A DNA stretch of 64,000 nt from a virus, in the IMG/VR virus record IMGVR_UViG_3300031566_003932, one strand, 5' to 3'. Shown one piece after another: positions 9,325 to 17,304 of the stretch (positions are counted from its first letter, which is position 1; each line of letters begins with the position of its first letter). Position numbers and translations under genes: made by a program. The notes under the pieces are model-generated. The model was not told the DNA's origin. It made no database searches and worked only from the letters and a program-made list of their open reading frames with translations.

Positions 9325-9563
9325 TTCTGTTCCTCCCGTTCTTGCTTTAAGAGCTCGTAAATGGGCTTCTTTTGCTCTTCGACTTCAGTAAGCATGGTCT
9401 GGACTTCCTTGAGTAAGTCTTGCGCCCTCACCTTGGCATTGTAGGGCATGAGGTTGGCCTGAATGATGCCGGATGTATCACGGATGCGCTTGTTGATCCT
9501 GCTATTTAGGGCATCAATGGCTGTGAGTTTATCGGAGATGATTTGACATTGCTCTAAATTCAT
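9321..9563 (-). CDS. Hypothetical coiled-coil protein (start MNLEQ)
   Basis: GAGG SD before 9563; the upstream ORF extension is promoter DNA. Confidence 0.55.
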   Translation of the reverse strand: MNLEQCQIISDKLTAIDALNSRINKRIRDTSGIIQANLMPYNAKVRAQDLLKEVQTMLTEVEEQKKPIYELLKQEREEQK

Positions 9564-9660
9564 ATCAACCTCTCTGAGGGTGGGGCCGAGGCCCTGGAAA
9601 AAGGAGGGAAACCATGAGCCTCGGCTTGGGTGGTTTGTAAGGGAGTCACCATGCAGAGAT

Positions 9661-9720
9661 AGGGTAAAACGGGGAAAGGGGAATGTCAAACGGGTGGAGG
9701 GTGTCGTTTGTATGTCGTTT
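9661..9720 (-). promoter_or_regulatory. Putative late promoter with upstream AAACGACA direct repeats
   Basis: TTGACA (9689-9684), 17 nt, TACCCT (9666-9661); AAACGACA at 9720-9713 and 9709-9702. Confidence 0.55.
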
Positions 9721-9904
9721 ATATGCCTTTTGTAGGTCTTTCTAGGTACTTTTGTAGTGTAAACGGGTACACGGCGATAATAGGCTTATAGGCGTCTATC
9801 AGAGGCACGTGAGCTTTGCGTAATAGACGCCTGGCCGTGCGTTCGTTGACCTTAAGGTAGCTGGCTATTTCCTTAAGGGTTACGAGTGGTTTTTCTTGGG
9901 TCAT
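9719..9904 (-). CDS. Small HTH DNA-binding protein (excisionase/MerR-like)
   Basis: VTLKEIASYLKVNERTARR. Confidence 0.7.
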   Translation of the reverse strand: MTQEKPLVTLKEIASYLKVNERTARRLLRKAHVPLIDAYKPIIAVYPFTLQKYLERPTKGI

Positions 9905-10212
9905 TCCCCTTCCATAACCATAGTTACCAAAGCCGCCGAATCGAGCATGTAATCAATCGCCCGTTTTGCCCGTTCCGCTTCCTTGGTCTTGATGTCGATC
10001 ACAATCTGCTTTGACTTGAGCTCGCGGTTGAGAATTTCCATTTCTTTTCGAAGGGTGATCACCATAGTTTCGAATTGAGCGCGAGTCATATTTTGGAATG
10101 GCTCAACCGTTGTGGCTTCGTAGTAGTCAAAGCGCTCGGCTTCATATGGAGGCTCAGGCCAAGCCCAATCTGAAGTCGTCCTAAAGTTTTCTGCTATATT
10201 ATCGCTGCCCAT
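9901..10212 (-). CDS. Hypothetical protein
   Basis: In-operon ORF with overlapping boundary. Confidence 0.5.
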   Translation of the reverse strand: MGSDNIAENFRTTSDWAWPEPPYEAERFDYYEATTVEPFQNMTRAQFETMVITLRKEMEILNRELKSKQIVIDIKTKEAERAKRAIDYMLDSAALVTMVMEGE

Positions 10213-10245
10213 TTCTTTCCCCTCATTTTTTATGGTGTACGAAAA

Positions 10246-10989
10246 TCATTCATCATCCTTTCGATAATGACAATCTATACACAGGCCTCCGAGATACTTT
10301 TGTCCTTTCCCACAATGCTCGCAGAGGCCTGAATCTTTTGCCGAGTTCTTCTTTATCTCCACATCCATTTTCATGCTCAATTGGTCAAACTGTTTCCGGA
10401 GTTTTTCAGTTGATAGAATATTATTCTGCCAGAACTCATCAGCTTGGCACCAATTGATAACTTGCTCAATCTCTTCCGGGTCCCGCTTATCTTTGTGAAC
10501 TATTAGAGCCATATGCTTTGCCCATTTTCCAATATCGGGTTGTTTGAATTTCGGTTTGCGTTTTTGAATGAGATTTAAGAGAAGTTGAGAAAGGCGAAAC
10601 TCGTCCGAAGTGGTTTCTGACTTCGGACACTCTTCTCTACTCTTCTCTACTCTACTCTGAAGGAGCACTTCGCTTGCATCTTGCTTGCATTGTGCTAGCA
10701 CTTCGCTAGCATTACCATTTACTGATATAAATCCAGCAGTTATCAAAGGCTCTAAATTTATATTTCCTTGCAACATGCCTTTTTGTTGTATCCATTGTGG
10801 ATCTGCCGGTGTATTGTTATTTGTGCGGCTTGCTAGCATATAAAGGGACATAAGTAGCAACTTGCTAGCATCTTGCAAGCATCCATACTCGTAATCATCA
10901 AGCAGGCTATGATAGAGTTTAATCCAGGGTGGATCACGGTGCTTGTAATGCTGGAATTGCTCCCAGTTTTTTATAACTATGTAGTTCAT
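10246..10989 (-). CDS. Phage replication initiator (O-like / replisome organizer)
   Basis: IKNWEQFQHYK...PPWIKLY N-terminus; FWQNNILSTEKLRKQFDQL C-terminal motif. Confidence 0.8.
   Translation of the reverse strand: MNYIVIKNWEQFQHYKHRDPPWIKLYHSLLDDYEYGCLQDASKLLLMSLYMLASRTNNNTPADPQWIQQKGMLQGNINLEPLITAGFISVNGNASEVLAQCKQDASEVLLQSRVEKSREECPKSETTSDEFRLSQLLLNLIQKRKPKFKQPDIGKWAKHMALIVHKDKRDPEEIEQVINWCQADEFWQNNILSTEKLRKQFDQLSMKMDVEIKKNSAKDSGLCEHCGKGQKYLGGLCIDCHYRKDDE
10628..10880. repeat. Short repeats inside the initiator gene; putative origin/iterons
   Basis: tcttctctac tandem, gcacttcgct x2, (t)gctagca x4, cttgcat x2. Confidence 0.45.
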
Positions 10990-11186
10990 CCCTCCCGTTT
11001 CTCCCTCGGCCTCAAAATCTCCCGAAACTCATTATACAAAGTCATCTTAAACCCCCTCTTCCCCTCACACTCTGGGTCCTGACACACATAATAGAAATAC
11101 TCCCCTTTGTAATGTGATGGCCTCATAGGGTGGAGGTTGCACACCGGGCACCAGTAATCAGGTTTAATTTGTGCCGGTGATTGCAT
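10986..11186 (-). CDS. Small Zn-ribbon protein
   Basis: CPVC and CQDPEC. Confidence 0.55.
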   Translation of the reverse strand: MQSPAQIKPDYWCPVCNLHPMRPSHYKGEYFYYVCQDPECEGKRGFKMTLYNEFREILRPREKREG

Positions 11187-11204
11187 TATTCATGCACCTC
11201 GCCC

Positions 11205-11805
11205 TTACCTATTTGCCTCAAAAAACGCTTCTGCAAAGCCGGGCGGAGTAATAGAGCGCAAAACAGATCGGTTTTTTGATGGTGGCAATCTGTGTACCCA
11301 GTCATGCGGCAAATACTCAGGATGATCAACAATACCCAACTTACCGGATGACGTACCTCCAGTCCATAAACCTACGGGCAATACTGGTTTCTCTTTTGGT
11401 TTAATGTGTTCTCCCCAGATACAAGTACGTTTTGTCCAAGGATCGCCATATTGATATGGTTGAAAAATATATTTCCACTTGCCAATATATCGTCTTAGTG
11501 TGCCGACAGGATTTTCTAAAGCCCACCATTGAGGTTTCGCAACAAATATAATTCTCATGCAAGCATCCACCACCGATAACCCCTCTCTCATTTCATCATC
11601 AGTTCTTTTCCATCGAACACCGGATATCGCAAAGACGGTACAGGGGGGGGGCAGCAAGGATGCCGTATACATTTTCTGGTGGTTTATAAAGGCGCACATC
11701 ATGCTCGGGTAGTGTGATATTCAGAACATTATATCCAGCCTCTTTGTAGGGTCTACTCCATGCCCCCGTGCCCCCACATAGATCAAGGATCATTCTTTTA
11801 ATCAT
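11205..11805 (-). pseudogene. C5-cytosine DNA methyltransferase-like gene split by one extra base in a C9 tract
   Basis: ILDLCGGTG in ORF 11599-11805; PPCT, ENP, KRTCIW in ORF 11205-11702; C8 would join them as AAPPCT (199 aa). Confidence 0.8.
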
Positions 11806-11950
11806 CTAACCCGCCTTTTCTTAAACCACCTATAAACACGGGCCCACGGCGAATCTATACGCCAGACTCCATATCTCTTGAGGTATTCCTTTTGCTCCCG
11901 GCGTAAAGACTTGCCGCCATCATAAGGTCGGGGTTTGTTGATTATGATGC

Positions 11951-12433
11951 TCACTCAAACTTCTCCACCCTCTGATCATAAAATGTTACAGCCAATGCGA
12001 ACGCCTGCCACAAATCCTTTTTAAGCCCATAGGTCAAACCAGGACTTTTTTTTGTTCCCGGGGGTCCGAAGCGATCTATAAGGGCTTGTCTGATATTGGA
12101 ATCTTTTGCTCGGGCTGAATTGCAAAGGTGAAGTTTGACTTGTCGGCGGGGTATAAATTCGACATTGTTGTCTAAATTTAAACGAGTCCAAACCTCATAA
12201 AAGCGACCACAGAAAAAAATTGTATCAAACACGCTTTTTCCTACCGGCATCCCATAGGATTCTATTTTTTCAATCGTTATGGTGTGCATATCTTCTAGCG
12301 AACCAAGGCCTGCTAGAATAAGTTCGTTTTCTGCAATATGAGCAAAACGGATTTTATATCCATCCCATCCGATATAGGCGCTTTGCTCAGATCCAGGATC
12401 TACGGCAAGGATAATTTCGGGTTTGTCGGTCAT
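11951..12433 (-). CDS. RuvC-like Holliday junction resolvase
   Basis: ILAVDPGS, IEKIESYGM, DLWQAFALA. Confidence 0.75.
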   Translation of the reverse strand: MTDKPEIILAVDPGSEQSAYIGWDGYKIRFAHIAENELILAGLGSLEDMHTITIEKIESYGMPVGKSVFDTIFFCGRFYEVWTRLNLDNNVEFIPRRQVKLHLCNSARAKDSNIRQALIDRFGPPGTKKSPGLTYGLKKDLWQAFALAVTFYDQRVEKFE

Positions 12434-12564
12434 TTCCCCTCCCTCTCTGCTTTGATATACCCATGAATCCATTCATTCCGGCGCATGTCCCATTCAGGGT
12501 AGAAATTGTCCTTCAAAGATTTGCGCTGAAGACGGGCCTGATAGCCCTGTTCATAAGCGGTCAC
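12430..12564 (-). CDS. Rmf/CrpP-like small protein (44 aa), not in ORF track
   Basis: MTAYEQGYQARLQRKSLKDNFYPEWDMRRNEWIHGYIKAEREGK; both ends overlap neighbours. Confidence 0.5.
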   Translation of the reverse strand: MTAYEQGYQARLQRKSLKDNFYPEWDMRRNEWIHGYIKAEREGK

Positions 12565-12845
12565 TTACCCTCCGGTGGTTTATAGATATGTGGGTTTGGC
12601 CTTATGCTGCGCCATAATTGGTAAAACATTTTGACAAACCAGAAGGGGAGACCATTTTGTACTCGGTGATAGGTTTCAAGTGCGCTTTCGCAATCCCAAC
12701 ATTCATGTCCCCAATCCCTTAATTTCCTTGGGTCGATATGCGGATTCTCTGCCTCATACCGTGCTCGATCGCCACCCCAGGCATGTATCCAATTCCAGCA
12801 AGCCCAGGGTGAACCGCAGTAAGGGCATTTTCGTATTAGAGTCAC
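12561..12845 (-). CDS. Hypothetical Zn-finger protein
   Basis: CPYC and CWDC; GGAGG plus GTG start. Confidence 0.55.
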   Translation of the reverse strand: MTLIRKCPYCGSPWACWNWIHAWGGDRARYEAENPHIDPRKLRDWGHECWDCESALETYHRVQNGLPFWFVKMFYQLWRSIRPNPHIYKPPEGK

Positions 12846-13046
12846 TTACCCTCCCACCCGAATCTCTTCTGATTCCTTCTTATCCAGTTCCCGCACTTCC
12901 CACTCTGACTTTCTCCATGCTTTCCACATCAATCGCTTTAATTCTTCAGCCTTCAGAGGAGGCTCTTCTGGTGCTCTGTCAATACGAAATATTTGATATG
13001 GCATGTTTAACCCCCTGTTGTACTTCATGGCCTTTCTCATAAGGGT

Positions 13047-13274
13047 TCATAGCTCTCCCCTATCATGTTCATTCCAATCTTCCGGCCCATATTCATCATC
13101 GTGCTTATCGCAAATCCCAGGCTCCGGGCTCCGCTTGAATCCACCGGGTGGGCCTTTGAACTTTCTACCGCAGACGGTGCAATATTTATCGACACGCCCT
13201 TTACCACGGGTATTCTTGTAACTGGCGATTTGCCTGGTGATTTGTTCGCGCCTGGCTTGCGTATCTTTAGCCAT
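13047..13274 (-). CDS. Hypothetical Cys-motif protein
   Basis: CTVC; GGGGG SD. Confidence 0.5.
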   Translation of the reverse strand: MAKDTQARREQITRQIASYKNTRGKGRVDKYCTVCGRKFKGPPGGFKRSPEPGICDKHDDEYGPEDWNEHDRGEL

Positions 13275-13293
13275 AACCCCCTGAAATGCTTTA

Positions 13294-13911
13294 TTATGAT
13301 AATCCTCTCATTCCTAATCCATATTGACCGCCTGCCAGGATATCCACAAACCACCACTTATCGACTTTGCGGATATCTATTTCATGTAGGTTATCTATGA
13401 TGTAATCACGCGCGTTTTTATCTCGGATATAATAGATATCACCGCCCTGTCTTTCTGTGCGCTGCATTCCTCTTTTTTGTGCCCTCAATCGTCCCTCGCG
13501 TATAGCTCTTGTGACCGCATGGACATCCACGCCCAAGCATTCCGCAAATGATCTGGCCGATTGTCCATCCAGACTTGATAGAAGTCTCATGCGTTTGCGT
13601 TTAAGCACTATTCCTGTGGTGGTGCGTGAATACCCGCGTTGTTTTAATCGGCGTTGAAGCACTTCGGGTGATAAATGGGCATTTCTTTCTAATATGGTGA
13701 GCTCATCCTCACACCAGTTCGGTTCCTTTTTCTGCCGGACTATCCATCCTTGTTGAATCGCGTAACGTGATACTTTCCATCGGGGAAGATGCAGATATTT
13801 TGCAAGAGCTTTAACTTGGCCATTGCCGGATGCAGTCTTATAGACTTTTTCAATGAGCTTATGGGCTTCCGGTGTGATGGGGTATTTAATTGTTTTGGTT
13901 TTTTTAGTCAT
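13294..13911 (-). CDS. Multi-HTH DNA-binding protein (start MTKKTK)
   Basis: WCEDELTILE Myb-like segment, SARSFAECLGVDVHAV HTH; CAGGGGG SD. Confidence 0.65.
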   Translation of the reverse strand: MTKKTKTIKYPITPEAHKLIEKVYKTASGNGQVKALAKYLHLPRWKVSRYAIQQGWIVRQKKEPNWCEDELTILERNAHLSPEVLQRRLKQRGYSRTTTGIVLKRKRMRLLSSLDGQSARSFAECLGVDVHAVTRAIREGRLRAQKRGMQRTERQGGDIYYIRDKNARDYIIDNLHEIDIRKVDKWWFVDILAGGQYGLGMRGLS

Positions 13912-13990
13912 AACCCCCTGAAATGCTTTTAGTATACGGTTTGTGTCTCTCTTTTCATCAAGGTATACTTTCCAAACAAAAAAAGAGCTG

Positions 13991-14236
13991 CTATCGTTTA
14001 AGCAACTCTGAAACCTTTTTATCACTGTGAGGTTCGGCCATGAAAATAGTCCCAAGGGTCCGTTGCATGCCTTCAAGCACAAATTGGAAAGCGAGTTCGC
14101 TTCGGGTGGTCCCGAGCATATCCGCTTCTTTCTGTAAGATGTTGCCGAATTCAGATGAGCAGGTGAAGGTAACGCGGTCGGTTTTCTTGCCGGTAGCAAT
14201 GGGGCTTGGATTGAAGTTAATTGAGATTTGTGGCAT
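13991..14236 (-). CDS. CII-like / ribbon-helix-helix-like regulator
   Basis: Directly after cro-like gene; RVTFTC...TTRSELA pattern. Confidence 0.5.
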   Translation of the reverse strand: MPQISINFNPSPIATGKKTDRVTFTCSSEFGNILQKEADMLGTTRSELAFQFVLEGMQRTLGTIFMAEPHSDKKVSELLKR

Positions 14237-14256
14237 GGCTCCCTCCGTAGGTAGTT

Positions 14257-14517
14257 TTATTCAGTTTTTGGGTGTGGTTTCCCCCTAGTAAAATATTGTG
14301 TGAGGCGATTTAGTATGGTATTAGGTTTAGATTTCTTAGTATGCTGTAAAGACAATTCAAATCCCTGGACTGCTAGAAAAAAGTCAGCAGTTGTCCGTGT
14401 ACGGCCAGTTTCATAATTGGCAATTTTTGAACGACTAGTTTGTAATGCTGTCCCAAAAGCCGCTTGAGAGAGTTCTGCTTTAAGCCGGACAGCTTTGATA
14501 TAGGCTGGTATATTCAT
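14257..14517 (-). CDS. Cro-like XRE HTH regulator
   Basis: IKAVRLKAELSQAAFGTALQTSRSKIANYETG. Confidence 0.8.
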   Translation of the reverse strand: MNIPAYIKAVRLKAELSQAAFGTALQTSRSKIANYETGRTRTTADFFLAVQGFELSLQHTKKSKPNTILNRLTQYFTRGKPHPKTE

Positions 14518-14521
14518 GAAT

Positions 14522-14556
14522 AGGCATATTGTGCCTTTTTCAAAAAGGAATGTCAA
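14522..14556 (-). promoter_or_regulatory. pR-like promoter overlapping an AGGCA-N5-TGCCT operator palindrome
   Basis: TTGACA (14556-14551), 17 nt, CACAAT (14533-14528); palindrome 14522-14536. Confidence 0.65.
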
Positions 14557-14588
14557 GCCTTATTTTTAACTTTGAGCAATGAGTACAC

Positions 14589-14819
14589 ATGGAAGGCAGA
14601 GCAAGACAATTAATGAAGCAAAAAAGGAAAGAGCTTGGTTGGACTCAGGAAGAAGTCGGCTCTTGGATTAATATGGATCAGTCCCTTTACTCAAAGAAAG
14701 AGCGAGGGGTAACTGAATTGTTTGCCGATGAATGGCTTGAGATAATGACGCAACTCGAAATTCACGGCAGAAAACCTAAACCCGTCAAACTTCCTTTCAA
14801 ACTAGAATTAGTTTCCTAA
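14589..14819 (+). CDS. CI-like XRE repressor, HTH only
   Basis: KQKRKELGWTQEEVGSWINMDQSLYSKKERG; divergent from cro-like gene. Confidence 0.8.
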   Translation: MEGRARQLMKQKRKELGWTQEEVGSWINMDQSLYSKKERGVTELFADEWLEIMTQLEIHGRKPKPVKLPFKLELVS

Positions 14820-14877
14820 TTATTCCCACGATTTACCAATAAAACACACCCCCCTCAAAAAATAATGTCGAATATGC

Positions 14878-14906
14878 TTGACATGCCTTTTTCCTTTGTG
14901 TAATAT
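14878..14906 (+). promoter_or_regulatory. pL-like sigma70 promoter
   Basis: TTGACA, 17 nt, TAATAT; shares CTTGACAT.CCTTTTT with the pR-like promoter. Confidence 0.7.
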
Positions 14907-14994
14907 AGGCACAAAAGGCATAAAACCATCCGGCGAATTCCTTAATGAAGATAGTCGGGATAAGAATTGGGGTTAAACACTCCAGGAGGGCATC

Positions 14995-15189
14995 ATGTCA
15001 GAACAAGTATTCCTAGACCTTTTTGAATTCAACCATAAAGGTTTCCCCATCTTTAAGAAATGCGCCGAGGTCGATATTACCAATTACACAGCAGAGCAGT
15101 TTGACCACCTCCGGGAAATTGAGGAAAGATACTACAGACGAACCTGGGAAATCAGGAGAATCCCATGTGCCATGACCGTGAACGCATAA
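14995..15189 (+). CDS. Hypothetical early protein
   Basis: AGGAGG SD; first ORF after pL. Confidence 0.55.
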   Translation: MSEQVFLDLFEFNHKGFPIFKKCAEVDITNYTAEQFDHLREIEERYYRRTWEIRRIPCAMTVNA

Positions 15190-15386
15190 ACCTCGATCAG
15201 TTCAAATCAGTGTCAATTCTTACGCGATCATTGGGGCCATTGACCATTATGGCCCGAGATTATGAAGGATTAGTTTGGCAAACAACCCCCTTCTTTCCGA
15301 GCTTCCGTGTACGTGACAAGTGTTTTCTCATTAATGAGACTAAACCAGATCACGGCATTATGAGGCAGGTAGCGGAAAGGGGATAG
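15165..15386 (+). CDS. Hypothetical early protein
   Basis: AGGAG SD; overlaps previous ORF. Confidence 0.45.
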   Translation: MCHDRERINLDQFKSVSILTRSLGPLTIMARDYEGLVWQTTPFFPSFRVRDKCFLINETKPDHGIMRQVAERG

Positions 15387-15389
15387 GCA

Positions 15390-15700
15390 AGGGGAGTCAA
15401 GAGGGCAACCCAAGGCGTAACGCTCATTATGCTGGCAATGCGGGGCACGGGGTGCCGCATATAAAGATTAACTAACTTGTGTGCCGTTAATCTGCCAGCA
15501 CCCAAAATGCCGATCGGAGTGGCCTCTGAGCGGCAAGGGGCTAGGGTAGGTAGCCAGCCAATAAAATTGCGGGATACCCGGCCTATCCTAGCGCCACCCC
15601 ACGACTTATAGCCTGATAAGGGCTTTAAGTAGCACAGTATTTTCGCATAACCTTTCCTTCGGGACCCCGGCCCGCCAGGAGGCATCTGGCGGGGAAAGGG
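15390..15700 (+). ncRNA. Candidate structured RNA in the early-left transcript
   Basis: Helices TGCTGGCA/TGCCAGCA, AGATTAAC/GTTAATCT, GCTAGGGTAGG/CCTATCCTAGC, CCCGCCAG/CTGGCGGG. Confidence 0.45.
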
Positions 15701-15707
15701 GTGAATC

Positions 15708-15872
15708 ATGGACCAGCCAATAAACATTATATTCGATGGTCCCCCATCGCATGAATCAGGGCGATTTGTTGAAGTTGAAACAGATGACGGTAAATCAATC
15801 AACGCAGGGGAATGGATAGAGAGGGAAGATGGTTTGTGGGCGCTACGGATAACAGCATTGCCTAAATCATAA
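15708..15872 (+). CDS. Small acidic hypothetical protein (54 aa, MDQPINIIFDGPP...), not in ORF track
   Basis: Translated by hand; purine-rich SD. Confidence 0.6.
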   Translation: MDQPINIIFDGPPSHESGRFVEVETDDGKSINAGEWIEREDGLWALRITALPKS

Positions 15873-15881
15873 GGAGTATGT

Positions 15882-16004
15882 GTGGCCCACATAATCATCC
15901 TCATCGACTTCGTAGGCTGGTGTTTGTGGATGTACCAAAAACCGGGGCCTTGGCCGTGTATTTCATTCCTGGGGGGAATTGTAATTGGAGGGTTGATGAT
16001 ATGA
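15882..16004 (+). CDS. Small two-TM membrane protein (40 aa), not in ORF track
   Basis: MAHIIILIDFVGWCLWMYQKPGPWPCISFLGGIVIGGLMI; AAGGAG SD; stop overlaps next start. Confidence 0.45.
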   Translation: MAHIIILIDFVGWCLWMYQKPGPWPCISFLGGIVIGGLMI

Positions 16005-16555
16005 CCGACCTTGACGAATCGAAATACATCCGAGTTTCAACTATCCTCGGTCAGTACGCCGATTTCTCCAAGGTAAAGCCTGATGTCCTCGATTTCGCCA
16101 CGGAGCGCGGAAGCAAAGTACACGCTCTTTGTTCCGGGTACGCTCAGGATATATGGATTCCCTCGATTCCCGAATATTGTAAGGGTTATTTTGACAGTTT
16201 CACCGGATGGTTCGATAAGCACGTTATCCGGGTAATCTATGTTGAAAAGCGGTTTTATAACCATACCTATTTCTACACCGGCCAGCCGGATATCATCCTT
16301 GAAATGAGAAGTGAGGGGGTTGTCCTCATTGACAACAAGACCCCCCAAGGAAAAGAATTCGAGAAAATATGGCGGGGGGCAATAGCAGCATATCAGAACC
16401 TTGAAATAGATGTTGCTATCAATAAAGGTGGTTCCCTGCAGTTCAACCCACACGGCAAGAGTGCCAGGATGAAATGGTATGAGGAAACGGGAGGGGATTT
16501 CGCGCAGTTTCTTCACGGCTTATCATCGTATAGATTTTTTAAAGAAAGGGGATAA
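16001..16555 (+). CDS. PD-(D/E)XK exonuclease-like recombination protein
   Basis: RVSTIL, ERGSKVH, GQPDII, LIDNKT. Confidence 0.75.
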   Translation: MTDLDESKYIRVSTILGQYADFSKVKPDVLDFATERGSKVHALCSGYAQDIWIPSIPEYCKGYFDSFTGWFDKHVIRVIYVEKRFYNHTYFYTGQPDIILEMRSEGVVLIDNKTPQGKEFEKIWRGAIAAYQNLEIDVAINKGGSLQFNPHGKSARMKWYEETGGDFAQFLHGLSSYRFFKERG

Positions 16556-16557
16556 TC

Positions 16558-17280
16558 ATGCCAATAGATTTCGCAAAACTCGCAGAAGGCAAAGACGATT
16601 CAAAACAGAAACCTAAAGCAGTCCCGCCCAAAACCGGGGAGATCATCACCCTTAACACGGCCCTGGTACACCAACTCAATGTCTTTATCGCTCAGGGTGA
16701 GCAGATCAGGGATGAGGCCTTTAAGATCAAAGTCACGGACGACAAAACAAAAGAAGCAGCTACAGACCTTGGCTCCAAGATTCACAAGGCCATGAAACGG
16801 ATTGATGCTGAAGTAGACGAAATCATAGAAGCCCCTAAAGGTTTTGTGACTTATGCCAAGAATATCGGTGCAAAGGTTCAGAAACCTTTTGAGGAAGGGA
16901 AGGAGTATCTAAGGGGTGAGATCAAACAACACAGGGCACGAGAAACACTAGCGGCAGAGCAACGAAAGGAAGCGGCTCGGAAAGCGACCGAGGCTCTGCA
17001 AAAGAAACTCAACGAGGAAGCCAAGGCCTCCGGTATCAAGGAAGAGATCAAGGTGGATGCCATAGCTGTTCCGGGGGTAGACAATATCACCCGAGCGGAA
17101 AGCGGTACTTCCTACGGCACGAAACGGCCAAAGGTTACAGTCGTGAATCTTGAGATCGTTCCCCGCGAATATCTCAAAATCGAGTTAAGGACAAAGGCGG
17201 TCCATGATGCTATGCGCCAGGGAGTGACGGAGATCCCCGGCTTAGAACTCGACTGGGAAGAGGACATAGCGTTTAAGTAA
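16558..17280 (+). CDS. Coiled-coil recombination-module protein (Gp157-like C-terminus)
   Basis: VPREYL...EIPG; lies between exo and bet. Confidence 0.5.
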   Translation: MPIDFAKLAEGKDDSKQKPKAVPPKTGEIITLNTALVHQLNVFIAQGEQIRDEAFKIKVTDDKTKEAATDLGSKIHKAMKRIDAEVDEIIEAPKGFVTYAKNIGAKVQKPFEEGKEYLRGEIKQHRARETLAAEQRKEAARKATEALQKKLNEEAKASGIKEEIKVDAIAVPGVDNITRAESGTSYGTKRPKVTVVNLEIVPREYLKIELRTKAVHDAMRQGVTEIPGLELDWEEDIAFK

Positions 17281-17304
17281 ACATTTTAATAAAGGAGGTT
17301 TAAC

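Noticed and set aside
9564-9689. N-terminal extension of the 122-aa ORF
   Set aside because: The TTG start is part of the promoter -35 box; SD precedes 9563
13912-14199. N-terminal extension of the 301-aa ORF
   Set aside because: Overlaps the CII-like gene; SD and boundary repeat place the start at 13911
15350-15904. 184-aa minus-strand ORF
   Set aside because: Antisense to the early operon and structured RNA; no motif or SD
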